From: an uncultured virus (IMG/VR IMGVR_UViG_3300031840_000567)
Lineage: Duplodnaviria; Heunggongvirae; Uroviricota; Caudoviricetes
DNA: 64,000 nucleotides
Reading direction: 5' to 3' (one strand)
IMG/VR virus record: IMGVR_UViG_3300031840_000567
Position 1 is the stretch's first letter. Each line of letters begins with the position of its first letter. The notes beneath the pieces are model-generated. The model was not told where the DNA came from and did no database searches. It worked only from the letters and a program-made list of their open reading frames with translations. The translations under genes were made by a program, and so were the position numbers. Shown one piece after another: positions 1-9,626 of this stretch.

Positions 1-418
1 CTGCGCCGTCAAATTCGTCGCCATATTTTTCGTATATGTATTTTTTACTGACATCATCAATACTATACAAATCTAAAATTAATGAACGATCCAAATATTT
101 TTCAGACTGAAAGAATCCAAAGAGACTAACAAAGTCTGGACAATTATTAAACAGATTCTCATCAAAGTGATAAAACTCTTCTCTAACAATAGGGCGATCA
201 GAATCAATGTACTGAACTTGAAGAGGATTTAAGTCAGTCAATTCAAAAGGAACAAACAACTGGTGCTCATTCCATTCATCATCATTACTCTTAAATTTTG
301 AAGGAGGGACACAATAATTAAATCCCCTGTTAGCAGCAATGCCTTTTACTGCAGCATACTGAAACATTTGATTGGCAAGACGCTCTTTCATCTTGCCGAC
401 ATAATTAATACCAATCAT
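1..418 (-). CDS. Glycosyltransferase family 11 (alpha-1,2-fucosyltransferase-like), truncated by the window edge
   Basis: Manual translation from ATG at 418: MIGINYVGKMKERLANQMFQYAAVKGIA...GFFQSEKY. Matches the GT11 motifs (G)RLxNQMFQYA and GxFQSEKY. ATGA overlap with the fcl stop. Confidence 0.8.
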   Translation of the reverse strand, partial: MIGINYVGKMKERLANQMFQYAAVKGIAANRGFNYCVPPSKFKSNDDEWNEHQLFVPFELTDLNPLQVQYIDSDRPIVREEFYHFDENLFNNCPDFVSLFGFFQSEKYLDRSLILDLYSIDDVSKKYIYEKYGDEFDGA

Positions 419-1368
419 CTTGTTTGAATATCAGTGTTTGCAGTATACCATTCATAGGTCTTACGAAGACCATCTAGTAATTTATAGTTCGGCTTCCAAC
501 CTTTTTCCAAGAGTTTTGTATAGTCTAAGGGACGCTTTGGAGTTCCATCTGGTTTAGATACATCCCAACAGATGTCTCCAGGGTAACCAGTAACTTTAGC
601 AATCATCTCTGCTAGCTCTTTAATAGAAACATCTTCACCTGACCCCACATTCAGCAACTCTGCCTGACTATAGTTATCCATGGCGAAGAGACATGCATCA
701 GCAAGATCATCTACATGGAGAAACTCCCTACGAGGGTCTCCTGTGCCCCAGCAGGTGACCGGATCGTTACCTTGAGTCCAGTTATTAAACTTCTGCATCA
801 TCGCCGGAATGACATGCCCATTCATGGGGTGGAAGTTATCATTAGGACCATATAGGTTAGCAGGCATAAGAGAAACACTCTTGAATCCATACTGCTTGTA
901 GTAGGACTTGAGCATGTAGATACCATGAATCTTAGCTAGAGCATATGCATCATTAGTAGGCTCAAGTTCTCCAGACATCAACGACTCTTCTTGTACAGGA
1001 GTCTCTGCAAACTTAGGATAGATGCATACACTTCCCAAAAACAAAAACTTTTTAACACCGCTTTTCCAAGCATTGTGAATTAGATTGTTTTGAATCTGAG
1101 TGTTCTGATAGATGAACTCTGCCGAATATGTATCATTGGCGTGGATGCCACCGACACGAGCAGCAGCATCAAATACATAATCAATTTGTTCATAATCAAA
1201 GAAACTTTCTACAGCATCTTGATCCATAAGATCAAGTTCTTGCCTAGTCCTAGTAACAATGTTTTCATACCCTTCATGTTCTAAACGACGAACAATAGAA
1301 GATCCAACTAAACCACGATGACCAGCGACATAAATCTTTGAATCTTTTTTCATTGTTCTAAGTTTCAT
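415..1368 (-). CDS. fcl: GDP-L-fucose synthase (epimerase/reductase)
   Basis: GHRGLVGS Rossmann motif, AARVGGIHAN, YALAK (YxxxK), NLYGPNDNF, REFLHVDD. Start may be 1353. Confidence 0.95.
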   Translation of the reverse strand: MKLRTMKKDSKIYVAGHRGLVGSSIVRRLEHEGYENIVTRTRQELDLMDQDAVESFFDYEQIDYVFDAAARVGGIHANDTYSAEFIYQNTQIQNNLIHNAWKSGVKKFLFLGSVCIYPKFAETPVQEESLMSGELEPTNDAYALAKIHGIYMLKSYYKQYGFKSVSLMPANLYGPNDNFHPMNGHVIPAMMQKFNNWTQGNDPVTCWGTGDPRREFLHVDDLADACLFAMDNYSQAELLNVGSGEDVSIKELAEMIAKVTGYPGDICWDVSKPDGTPKRPLDYTKLLEKGWKPNYKLLDGLRKTYEWYTANTDIQTR

Positions 1369-2615
1369 GGGGCGATTACAACTTCAGGTTCTGGAAGAGG
1401 GAACAAGAAACGCTTTCCTTTAAACTTAGGATTCTTAAGGAAGAAATTTCTAAAGTGCCAAGGTAGAACAATATGAAGATCATATTCATTCATCATAATG
1501 TCTTCTTCATCCTTAATAGGAATCCATGTACCAGGTGTAAATGATCCATCCTTATCAGGATTAACATCACCAATAGCCTCTACATCATCAGGACCAATCT
1601 CCCATGTTTGAAGAGTCACATTACCTTTAGTACTAGCACCTAGACAACAGATCTTTGCATTATTTGATTTGTAGAAGTCCATGATCTTCCAGAACTGGTC
1701 TTTACAATCATTAATTCTCTGAGCAAATTCTTCCCAAGGCTCAATAGTATCTAACTTCTTTTCAAGTTCTAGAGCGATGATACCAGTGAGTTTAGTTGTA
1801 CACTCTTTACGCTCACTATTAGTAGCGTGAGTAACAACAACAGAGATGCTGCCACCATTGACATCATTGAAATCAAAATCAACAATCTTGAATCCCGCTT
1901 TGTCCATGATGTATTTAAGTTGTCTCATACCATAGTAAGACAGATGCTCATGACACACAGTATCAAAAGAATTCTGCTTCAGCATCTCAGGCATGTAGCT
2001 CTGCTCAAGAACCCAGATACCCTGAGGATCAAGGACTTCATGGACCTGACGAGCAAACTCACAAGGATCCTCTAGGTCATAGAACATAGAGAATGATGTA
2101 ATGACCTTTGCCTTTTGCTTACCAAACCGCTCACGGAAGGCATCAGCAGAGAAGAAGTCTGCAATGTAACTCACATGGTCAGGGATAAAATCTCTAAACT
2201 TTTTAGAGGTAGGATCAATACTCATGAGCTGAAGATCATGAGGGAAACAACTTAGGAAGGTGCCATCATTACCAGCAATATCAACAACAATATCACCCGA
2301 CTCTAGTTTAGTATCCGCCTTGATTTTTTCTGCTTTCTCACGCAAGTGACGGATCATAGAACCATTCAAACCAGAACGGTATCCATATTCTTCACCATAC
2401 ATGGTAGGAAGATCAAAGGTATGTTCTAGTTGAACATGCCCACATCCACCCTTCTTCTCATCGCATTTGACAAGAGCTAAAGGACCCCTATACATTCCAA
2501 AGTCAATCGTTTTTGGAAAAATACCAGAGAGATACTGATCACCAAGATCGAGTACCGTAACTAGATGTTCGTTACCACAAACTCTACATTTTTCAATTTT
2601 GTAAAATTTATTCAT
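1365..2615 (-). CDS. NDP-hexose C-methyltransferase (N-terminal Zn-binding domain plus class I SAM domain)
   Basis: CRVCG...[45 protein letters not shown]. Start set at the ATGA overlap with the gmd stop. Confidence 0.85.
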   Translation of the reverse strand: MNKFYKIEKCRVCGNEHLVTVLDLGDQYLSGIFPKTIDFGMYRGPLALVKCDEKKGGCGHVQLEHTFDLPTMYGEEYGYRSGLNGSMIRHLREKAEKIKADTKLESGDIVVDIAGNDGTFLSCFPHDLQLMSIDPTSKKFRDFIPDHVSYIADFFSADAFRERFGKQKAKVITSFSMFYDLEDPCEFARQVHEVLDPQGIWVLEQSYMPEMLKQNSFDTVCHEHLSYYGMRQLKYIMDKAGFKIVDFDFNDVNGGSISVVVTHATNSERKECTTKLTGIIALELEKKLDTIEPWEEFAQRINDCKDQFWKIMDFYKSNNAKICCLGASTKGNVTLQTWEIGPDDVEAIGDVNPDKDGSFTPGTWIPIKDEEDIMMNEYDLHIVLPWHFRNFFLKNPKFKGKRFLFPLPEPEVVIAP

Positions 2616-3604
2616 TGTCCGTAAATACACATGTCTTGTACAAGTTCCGAAAAACTAATATCTGGTTCCCATCCGAGGACAGTTTTAGCCTTGGTATAAT
2701 CACCCAGTAGTTGTTCAACTTCTGTTGGGCGGTAATATTTAGGGTTGATGCGAATGATGTCTCTGTTCATACATTTACAGAAACCAACCTCATCCAATCC
2801 CTCTCCACGCCACTCAATACTGAATCCATAATACTGAGAAGCTTCTTCAACAAACTCCCTAACACTACGCATCTTACCAGTGGCAAGAACAAAATCGTCA
2901 GGAGTATCATGCTGAGAGATCATCCACATACCACGAACAAAATCTTTAGCATGCCCCCAATCACGCTGAGCATCCAGATTACCAAGCTCTAAAATATCTT
3001 GCAGACCTGCAGAGATCTTTGACAATCCCATCGTGATCTTACGGGTAACGAAGGTTTCACCTCTCCTAGGGGATTCATGGTTGAATAGGATACCATTACT
3101 AGCATGGATACCATACGCTTCACGATAGTTTCTGACCATCCAGTAAGAGTATAGTTTTGCCACCCCATAGGGGGATCTTGGATAGAAGGGAGTTGTTTCT
3201 TTCTGAGGAACTTCTTGTACGAGTCCATACAATTCACTAGTAGATGCCTGATAGAACTTACAGGGATGATCTAATAGACGAATAGCTTCCAGAAGACGCA
3301 GTGTTCCTAGAGCATCAACTTGACCCACATACTCAGGCATCTCGAAAGACACCTTAACATGGCTCATTGCACCAAGGTTATAAACCTCAGTTGGTTTGAT
3401 CTTTTGAATAATACTGATAAGATTACCAGCATCAGTCAGGTCTCCATAATGGAGATGAATACGATCATAGATATGATCAATTCTATGAGTATTAATAAGA
3501 GAAGAACGGCGTACAATGCCATGAACTTCATATCCTTTTTCAAGGAGAAGTTCTGCAAGGTACGATCCATCCTGTCCTGTAATACCAGTTATTAATGCAA
3601 TCAT
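2612..3604 (-). CDS. gmd: GDP-mannose 4,6-dehydratase
   Basis: [57 protein letters not shown]. Confidence 0.97.
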   Translation of the reverse strand: MIALITGITGQDGSYLAELLLEKGYEVHGIVRRSSLINTHRIDHIYDRIHLHYGDLTDAGNLISIIQKIKPTEVYNLGAMSHVKVSFEMPEYVGQVDALGTLRLLEAIRLLDHPCKFYQASTSELYGLVQEVPQKETTPFYPRSPYGVAKLYSYWMVRNYREAYGIHASNGILFNHESPRRGETFVTRKITMGLSKISAGLQDILELGNLDAQRDWGHAKDFVRGMWMISQHDTPDDFVLATGKMRSVREFVEEASQYYGFSIEWRGEGLDEVGFCKCMNRDIIRINPKYYRPTEVEQLLGDYTKAKTVLGWEPDISFSELVQDMCIYGQ

Positions 3605-3607
3605 TTT

Positions 3608-3925
3608 TTAATTAAATGTAATAATATCCTGTCCTCCAAGACTACTAATAGCTACAGTATCAGCAGCTACAACAGTAGCAGTAGGATTGCCAGTGAAACT
3701 AATGCCATCCTGACCCCAATCAAAAGGGCTAGCGGAGGAAGAATTGAAAGTAATATTGTCTTCGGAGGACATTGCTTGATCAGCACATGCTTGATCTGCG
3801 ATAGCACGAAGTCCCAAGTAATGCCGCCAAATTTCTGACAGCGTTCTAGTATCCTCGTCGTTATTTAGTGCAGAAATAAGTGCATTTTTTACAGAGTCAG
3901 CAGCAGTTTGGTAGGAGTTGTACAT
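3608..3925 (-). CDS. Hypothetical protein (cyanophage type)
   Basis: ORF in tight operon packing; likely start MYNSYQ at 3925. Confidence 0.6.
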   Translation of the reverse strand: MYNSYQTAADSVKNALISALNNDEDTRTLSEIWRHYLGLRAIADQACADQAMSSEDNITFNSSSASPFDWGQDGISFTGNPTATVVAADTVAISSLGGQDIITFN

Positions 3926-3927
3926 AA

Positions 3928-4209
3928 TTAATAATTGGATGATACGGTATCTTTGGTATAACATGGTACACCATGAGGATCTAGCCACTTAGTATACTCA
4001 AAATCTTCTATAGCTAGAAAACACTGGTCGGCATTATCAAAAAGATAGATGTCAGAGTATTTTTTACTATACTCATCTGCCTTTTGAAGACGCAAGTCAG
4101 GCTTATCATTGAGTTGAATGTAACCCTTTTGCACATAGCGATAAGGATAACGCTCATGAATAACAAGCGTCTTAGTCGATGCAACAGACTTTGGATCTAG
4201 ATCATTCAT
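3928..4209 (-). CDS. Conserved cyanophage hypothetical protein
   Basis: ORF 93 aa (ERYPYRY...IEDFEYTKWLDP), tightly packed. Confidence 0.7.
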   Translation of the reverse strand: MNDLDPKSVASTKTLVIHERYPYRYVQKGYIQLNDKPDLRLQKADEYSKKYSDIYLFDNADQCFLAIEDFEYTKWLDPHGVPCYTKDTVSSNY

Positions 4210-4423
4210 TGATAATACCTTCAGTTACAAGATCATTGTACAGACAGTCTAGCAGAATTTCGTAGTCATCACAAGGATCGTTCTTAAATTGAATTCCCTT
4301 TTCCCTGTAATACTTAGTGACCTTACGAAAAACTTTTGGATACTGGTGATCTAGATCAACTTGACCTTCAACAGTACTACGAAGAATGTTGATGTGTTTC
4401 CTGAACTTAGTAGTGACAGACAT
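4202..4423 (-). CDS. Hypothetical protein
   Basis: ORF 73 aa directly downstream of the promoter motif at 4446-4489. Confidence 0.7.
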   Translation of the reverse strand: MSVTTKFRKHINILRSTVEGQVDLDHQYPKVFRKVTKYYREKGIQFKNDPCDDYEILLDCLYNDLVTEGIINE

Positions 4424-4445
4424 TGCTCTGTTTGATTACCTTGTT

Positions 4446-4489
4446 ATTATACCCCATATTTACTGGTTTGAGTAGGACCTATGGACAGT
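4446..4489 (-). promoter_or_regulatory. Putative early promoter ACTGTCCA-N30-TATAAT
   Basis: Same motif and exact 30-nt spacing as at 40296-40339 and 42505-42548. Confidence 0.7.
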
Positions 4490-4491
4490 TC

Positions 4492-4683
4492 CTACTTTGG
4501 TTTGATCACAAAGGGTGGGTGCCGATCAAACTTATCAATTTGATATCCCTCTACCATTGCCTGACGAATGATGTTGTCGTAACTGTGGGAGTGAAGAGGA
4601 ATGTGACGATGCAATAGAAAATCCTCACAGTCCTCTGCAAGGCATTCTTTCTGCTCATGAGTCAGGTTATTCAGGTCAATCAT
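4492..4683 (-). CDS. Hypothetical protein
   Basis: ORF 63 aa, ATGA overlap with the upstream gene. Confidence 0.6.
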   Translation of the reverse strand: MIDLNNLTHEQKECLAEDCEDFLLHRHIPLHSHSYDNIIRQAMVEGYQIDKFDRHPPFVIKPK

Positions 4684-4928
4684 CGTACTTCAAAGTTTAG
4701 TTTACGAACTTTGCGTTTGCGTCGGTTCTCTTGGTACTCTAAGTCATTTCTACTAAGAACATGACTATCCTTAGAATTGTTTTCATTTTTTAACAAAACG
4801 ACTTCACTAAGATCCATAGCTGTAATTTTGTCATCCAATAATGTCATCATATTTGGGCAACCGCAACTCTGACTCTTGGTTGAGCTGGTCAATTCTACAT
4901 TGCAAATTTTGCATTTGACAGATAGCAT
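4680..4928 (-). CDS. Small Cys-rich (Zn-ribbon-like) hypothetical protein
   Basis: CKIC...CGCPN motif; GGAG SD upstream. Confidence 0.7.
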   Translation of the reverse strand: MLSVKCKICNVELTSSTKSQSCGCPNMMTLLDDKITAMDLSEVVLLKNENNSKDSHVLSRNDLEYQENRRKRKVRKLNFEVR

Positions 4929-4979
4929 GTCTTAATAACTCCTTTATTTCAGATAATTCTTCTTTAATTTTTTTCTTCT

Positions 4980-5633
4980 TCATAAAAAAGTAACCTCAGT
5001 AAATCTAGTTGTTTGTTTAAAGAAGTCGTCTACAATTGTTTGACCATGAAACCATTTTCCAGGAAACACGACCCCACAATTAAATCGATCTAAGATACAC
5101 AAATCTTCCTTGAACTGTTTATTGGTTTTCCAAGGACTTGTATGTTCGGTGTCCCTTTTACTAGAATAGCTCTTTGCTTTTGTATTGCAAGGAGTATACA
5201 ATGAAGTGCCAGATTTCATATGATGAGTTGGATTCAAAAAGATAATAAAATTTAATTGACCATCAGTGTGAGGATGCCAGTGTCTCTCTTTTGGAACATC
5301 ATTAATCAATCTAAACTGATTGATCGTATGGGGTGCAGTTTGTGGATCTACTTCTAGATTATAATTATTTGCTATCGATTCTAACAAATATTTTCTGTGC
5401 AAATCCCACCTATTATCCAATAGCATTTGACCATCCATAAAGTCAATGCCATTGAGAGATCCCTTACAAGATTTATGAGTTACAATACTATTAACAGAGT
5501 TAAGGTATTGATAAATTTTTTCAGGGTACTTATATATATCGTCAATGAATAAAATCTCAGAATCTTTCCAAGGAACATTCACAATATTCCAGGATTCATT
5601 AAGTTGAAAATCTTTATTACTGAAAAAATTCAT
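4980..5633 (-). CDS. Putative 2OG-Fe(II) oxygenase (DUF6445-like)
   Basis: IDDIYKYPE, PHTD (HxD), GTSLY, RFN...FPGKWFHG distal His, C-terminal R. Confidence 0.7.
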   Translation of the reverse strand: MNFFSNKDFQLNESWNIVNVPWKDSEILFIDDIYKYPEKIYQYLNSVNSIVTHKSCKGSLNGIDFMDGQMLLDNRWDLHRKYLLESIANNYNLEVDPQTAPHTINQFRLINDVPKERHWHPHTDGQLNFIIFLNPTHHMKSGTSLYTPCNTKAKSYSSKRDTEHTSPWKTNKQFKEDLCILDRFNCGVVFPGKWFHGQTIVDDFFKQTTRFTEVTFL

Positions 5634-5704
5634 GGGAGATACAAGGATCGAACTTGTGACAATCTCGGTGTAAACGAGGTGCTCTACCTCTGAGCTAATC
5701 TCCC
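5633..5704 (-). tRNA. trnV: tRNA-Val(TAC)
   Basis: Reverse complement GGGAGATTAGCTCAGAGGTAGAGCACCTCGTTTACACCGAGATTGTCACAAGTTCGATCCTTGTATCTCCCA folds as a cloverleaf with anticodon TAC and a TTCGA T-loop. No separate encoded CCA after the discriminator. Confidence 0.93.
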
Positions 5705-5707
5705 AAA

Positions 5708-5780
5708 CGACTCAGGTTGGGGTCGAACCAACGACCGACTGCTTAGAAGGCAGTTGCTCTGTCCACTGAGCTACTGAGTC
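5708..5780 (-). tRNA. trnR: tRNA-Arg(TCT)
   Basis: Reverse complement GACTCAGTAGCTCAGTGGACAGAGCAACTGCCTTCTAAGCAGTCGGTCGTTGGTTCGACCCCAACCTGAGTCG; anticodon stem ACTGC/GCAGT with TCT. Confidence 0.93.
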
Positions 5781-6376
5781 TTAAACATGAAGGTGTAATT
5801 AACTCTTCTGTGATTGGAACCTGGTTTCATCGAAACTCTATTTGTTTCGTGAAAGTACTTGGAGTTGAATATGAGAAGACGATTATACGCATATGGTATA
5901 ATCGTCTTCTCTGATCTAGTATACTCCAGATATTTCCGAATCAACTTGACATCCGTATTATACTCACGCCATGTCCATGTCGGAGGCGGTTTGATATCGT
6001 AAAGAATCAAACCATTTTTCTCTGGATCTTCTACAGAAGAATCTGGAGTGACCCAGAGATTCACATTATAACATGCTGGGTCAGCATGTGGAGTCACACC
6101 TTCGGCATTATTGTCGTAAACAAATGCCCATCCTCTATCAAAATGACCAAGGAATGGGAACCTTGTTTCCAACCCTGTTATTATAGCAGAAAGAATGGGA
6201 AGGCGCAACCTCTCTTTAGAAAAATTAAGAGAGTAGTAGTCTTCATAGATATCATCCGGGTCTTCTGCATTGAGAGCGTACTCCCTAAGCTCATCGATGA
6301 CTTCGGGGAGGAATAGTCCATCCTCCACATGATATCTATGTTCCTGAATAATCTTCTTTAGAATATTTGAGTGCAT
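5771..6376 (-). CDS. Putative 2OG-Fe(II) oxygenase
   Basis: PHADPA (HxD), VNLWVTP, NRLLIFNSKYFHET, RRVNYTF. Confidence 0.75.
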   Translation of the reverse strand: MHSNILKKIIQEHRYHVEDGLFLPEVIDELREYALNAEDPDDIYEDYYSLNFSKERLRLPILSAIITGLETRFPFLGHFDRGWAFVYDNNAEGVTPHADPACYNVNLWVTPDSSVEDPEKNGLILYDIKPPPTWTWREYNTDVKLIRKYLEYTRSEKTIIPYAYNRLLIFNSKYFHETNRVSMKPGSNHRRVNYTFMFKTQ

Positions 6377-6866
6377 AGGTAAAACGATGATCCGAATTCA
6401 AAGGAGTTGCTCTATGCAAAATCCAAGAAGTAAATTTTAATAAAGTATTAGGGACGGGAGGGACACCAATAATTTTATTGTCCAAGAAGAACTCCGTACA
6501 TCCCCCCTCATCTACTCCAGTATAATTTTTGTTGGCATAGAAAATGAAAGTAACTTCATCTTGATCAATATCGCAGTCTTTATGAAAGTTTGCGATCTCT
6601 CTAGGAGCAAAGCAATTAATGTATGCTCGGTATAATTTATACTCCTGAATCTCTGGATATCTAGCATAGATTATGGTTTCTAAGATGCCTACAATGGCAT
6701 CATCTTCTTCATTTTCTGGATCTAATTCACAAATCAATCCTGTTGGTTTGTGGGAATCATCGTCTCGCTCACCATATGCATACTCAGCGTCATATGCATA
6801 CTCACTTACTTCTCTAAAGTCTTCTGAAGATAGAGCTTTGTCAAGGGAAAGAATGTTTGGTTTCAT
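6336..6866 (-). CDS. 2OG-Fe(II) oxygenase (prolyl-hydroxylase-like)
   Basis: FHKD (HxD), GGCTEF, ILHRA, RFTYA. Start set at MKPNIL (ATGA overlap). Confidence 0.8.
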   Translation of the reverse strand: MKPNILSLDKALSSEDFREVSEYAYDAEYAYGERDDDSHKPTGLICELDPENEEDDAIVGILETIIYARYPEIQEYKLYRAYINCFAPREIANFHKDCDIDQDEVTFIFYANKNYTGVDEGGCTEFFLDNKIIGVPPVPNTLLKFTSWILHRATPLNSDHRFTYALKYSKEDYSGT

Positions 6867-7429
6867 AATGCGTCGTTGAGCTCCTGTACTCTCCATACCA
6901 CAGTGTATCTATACACATGAGGATGCCGTGGTCCTAGTCCTCTATGTTTAATCTCCGATGGGAAAATTAGTACCCTACCAGGTACATATTCATGCTCTTC
7001 TATAACATTATCTTCATCATCAAGTAGTTGAAACTGACCACCCCATTCTAAAGTATCCCATTCCAAATTCGGCATGTACATAATTGTATAGGAACCTTCT
7101 TCTCCATCTATATGACTAGTCCCATCACAAAAAGAATGCTGTAAGTTAAAATCAATTCTATTAAGATAAAATCTTTTATCAAGAAGCTCTTCTAATTCCT
7201 CCAACATATCAAAGAAAATCTCACTGTCATCCATGAGATTTACTACTTTGTTTATTGACTCCCTTTCAAATATGTTTTCCCCCATCAATCTATGAGTTCC
7301 ATTCTCTCCATAAGGAACTGAAGTACCGTTCGCAATGTTAGTAGCAGTTACTGGTAGGTTTTTGATTTGCGTCTCAACCTTAACCATATACGAAAGCTCA
7401 AATTGCTTATCAATTACTGTTGCAATCAT
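6863..7429 (-). CDS. 2OG-Fe(II) oxygenase
   Basis: SHID (HxD), WGGQF, PGRVLIFPSEIKHRG, RYTVV. Confidence 0.8.
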   Translation of the reverse strand: MIATVIDKQFELSYMVKVETQIKNLPVTATNIANGTSVPYGENGTHRLMGENIFERESINKVVNLMDDSEIFFDMLEELEELLDKRFYLNRIDFNLQHSFCDGTSHIDGEEGSYTIMYMPNLEWDTLEWGGQFQLLDDEDNVIEEHEYVPGRVLIFPSEIKHRGLGPRHPHVYRYTVVWRVQELNDAL

Positions 7430-7565
7430 CTAAAGTCCTATTATAAATCACAACTCGACCATTCTCATGCGTAAAAACTAACTCATCATCTGGATGCCAC
7501 ATTAGTTCTTCAAAAAGAGCATTGAGCTTGTCCATATCCTCATAAAGTTGATTAGGATTTGTCAT
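7410..7565 (-). CDS. Small hypothetical protein
   Basis: Likely start MTNPNQLYEDM with GGAGG SD. Confidence 0.6.
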   Translation of the reverse strand: MTNPNQLYEDMDKLNALFEELMWHPDDELVFTHENGRVVIYNRTLDDCNSN

Positions 7566-7761
7566 TGTTTTCCTCCTTTGTTTTGTGGTTGAATTCAATT
7601 ACAATTTTTTCGTGAGTTGTTGTTCTATCAGAACAATAATAATGCATTAATTCACCGTTCAATATTTTACAAACATTATCTAGTTGTAATTGGGTGACAA
7701 ACTCTTTAAACCCATCATCCATCCAAGATTTATTCGATCCTGGTGTGTTAAAATCATCCAT
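7552..7761 (-). CDS. Small hypothetical protein
   Basis: Likely start MDDFNTPGSNK; operon packing. Confidence 0.55.
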   Translation of the reverse strand: MDDFNTPGSNKSWMDDGFKEFVTQLQLDNVCKILNGELMHYYCSDRTTTHEKIVIEFNHKTKEENNDKS

Positions 7762-7766
7762 TATTA

Positions 7767-7973
7767 TTACCAAAAATTATGTTTGAAAGAGTTCTTTTCG
7801 AGATCTTCATAATATTTTATCAATCTCTCTACTTGTTTTTTATCAGTACCACAGGGAGCATTCTTTAAACAAATAAGAATACATTTTTCATCACCGATAG
7901 GAGGTTTAATAGAAAACCCCCACTTATCTACTTTACCCCTCGGTGCTTCGCATGGATCAAATTCATGTGGCAT
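7767..7973 (-). CDS. Small hypothetical protein
   Basis: Likely start MPHEFDPCEAP with TAATG overlap. Confidence 0.55.
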   Translation of the reverse strand: MPHEFDPCEAPRGKVDKWGFSIKPPIGDEKCILICLKNAPCGTDKKQVERLIKYYEDLEKNSFKHNFW

Positions 7974-8287
7974 TAGTCTCGCTGTCTCCAATCATCAGGT
8001 TTGTCTTGGTGAAACCAACTCTTGATATCGTCAGCATCAGTAAATCCCTTCTTGTGATTGGATGGATCGGGATCTCCTAAACCCATCCTATTCAGAAAAT
8101 CGTCTGTGCTACCTTCTTCGATATTTTGAGATGCTTGGCGTCTTGCCATCTTTAACATCTCATTAGCAGATGTATTTGCCTTAGCAAGTTTCTGTGCCCA
8201 AACCATATCATCTAATTTAACTTTTTCTCCATTAGCAATACATTTACAAATAAACTCCAGCTTTAGTCGGTACTGTGTGGAAAGCAT
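7973..8287 (-). CDS. Conserved cyanophage hypothetical protein
   Basis: MLSTQYRLKLEFIC...DWRQRD; late promoter-like CTAAATA just upstream. Confidence 0.75.
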   Translation of the reverse strand: MLSTQYRLKLEFICKCIANGEKVKLDDMVWAQKLAKANTSANEMLKMARRQASQNIEEGSTDDFLNRMGLGDPDPSNHKKGFTDADDIKSWFHQDKPDDWRQRD

Positions 8288-8314
8288 TCGGAACCCCTAG
8301 CAAACTTATTTAGT

Positions 8315-8980
8315 CTATACTTGGACCCAGTGATGTGGTGAAGTGACGACATTTTCGTAGTTGTGGTCTACATTTACAGTAGAGGTCACGAAGATATCAT
8401 AAACGATTGAAGCTCTAAAGTCAACTCCATTAAACTCTGTTACCCTATGCAAAATATTAGATGGAAAAATAATTAGATCACCATCTTCTGGATCTAAACT
8501 GTAAATACCATAATCATCATTAACATTCAATGGAAGATTATCCATATAACCTTCAGAGGCAAGAGTCAATGTTCCACCATTCCCCTGAGTTCTTAAGTAG
8601 TAGATACCACTAAAGTGAGATCCCTTATGCAAATGATCTGGATTGCCACCCTCGTCTGGTCTACACACATTGGGCCAGGACTTTTGAAAGAAGATGTCAT
8701 GATCATAATCCTTGTCATCTTCAGTTTGTCTACACATACCAGATAGATACTGCCTCGTAGCATGTGCCATCTGAGCATTCAACCAATAAAATTCTTTAGT
8801 TTTATGTAAGAGAAAAAACTTTGGTATGTCTTGGTCACCAGTAAAGTTACCATTATCTTCAATCTCTTCTAAGTTTTTATAGTAAAACTCTTTACATAGA
8901 TCCATCATTCCTTTCCACTCTTTTTGTGGACAGGGAACATTTGATCTGTAAATTGCTGTTGGAAAGATATGTTCTATCAT
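8315..8980 (-). CDS. Putative 2OG-Fe(II) oxygenase (TIGR02466-like, HxH type)
   Basis: IFPTAIY, HLH...SGIYYL, GDLIIFPSNILHRV, RASI. Confidence 0.8.
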   Translation of the reverse strand: MIEHIFPTAIYRSNVPCPQKEWKGMMDLCKEFYYKNLEEIEDNGNFTGDQDIPKFFLLHKTKEFYWLNAQMAHATRQYLSGMCRQTEDDKDYDHDIFFQKSWPNVCRPDEGGNPDHLHKGSHFSGIYYLRTQGNGGTLTLASEGYMDNLPLNVNDDYGIYSLDPEDGDLIIFPSNILHRVTEFNGVDFRASIVYDIFVTSTVNVDHNYENVVTSPHHWVQV

Positions 8981-8987
8981 AAGCCAA

Positions 8988-9626
8988 TTACAGGTTTTGA
9001 GCCAGAGATATCACGGGAAGATGTAACCAATTATTTTTACAGTAATTGCAATTATCAGGGACTTCTACATCATATGGGGATATTTTAATACCAAACTGAA
9101 CCCCTTCGGGCAAATCCATTAAGGTGCGATATACATTTTTCCCCCAGTCCTCAATATCATTTCCTTGACTAGAACAATAAAAAGAATACCGGGATCGTTT
9201 TTTTGCCAGATGTTTAAAACATTTTAATATAAAGAAAGTGACTGCACAATTATTAATACAAATATTAGAGGTATCCCCCTCTAAGTATGGGTCAAAGAAA
9301 AAACAATCAAACTTTCCCAATCCACTTATATCAGGCCATGCTTGTTTGATAACTGTAGTATTAGGATATTGTTTAGACCACTCCAAAGCTTTTTCATAGA
9401 CTACAGGATCTGGTTCCAGTACAGTATATGATTTAGGTTTCCACTTCATAATTTGATCAGCAGAATATCCCATACCAAATCCAATCTCTAGAACATCACC
9501 ATAAGGTTCTAAGAAATCTATACAATCTATCATATACTTATGTTCCCATTCCATCATGTACTGATGGTCTCTGGAGGAACCGTAAAGTATATCGTTATCG
9601 TTTATGTCTCTTCGATATTCGGCCAT
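8988..9626 (-). CDS. Class I SAM-dependent methyltransferase, guanidinoacetate N-methyltransferase/Rmt2-like
   Basis: MMEWE..YM, VLEIGFGMGYSA, FDCFFFD motifs. Confidence 0.75.
   Translation of the reverse strand: MAEYRRDINDNDILYGSSRDHQYMMEWEHKYMIDCIDFLEPYGDVLEIGFGMGYSADQIMKWKPKSYTVLEPDPVVYEKALEWSKQYPNTTVIKQAWPDISGLGKFDCFFFDPYLEGDTSNICINNCAVTFFILKCFKHLAKKRSRYSFYCSSQGNDIEDWGKNVYRTLMDLPEGVQFGIKISPYDVEVPDNCNYCKNNWLHLPVISLAQNL

Noticed and set aside
1349..2618. 8-bp direct repeat ACAATGAA (and MxLRTM look-alike) flanking the sugar methyltransferase, as an insertion scar
   Set aside because: It is short, AT-rich and centred on start codons, so easily coincidental.
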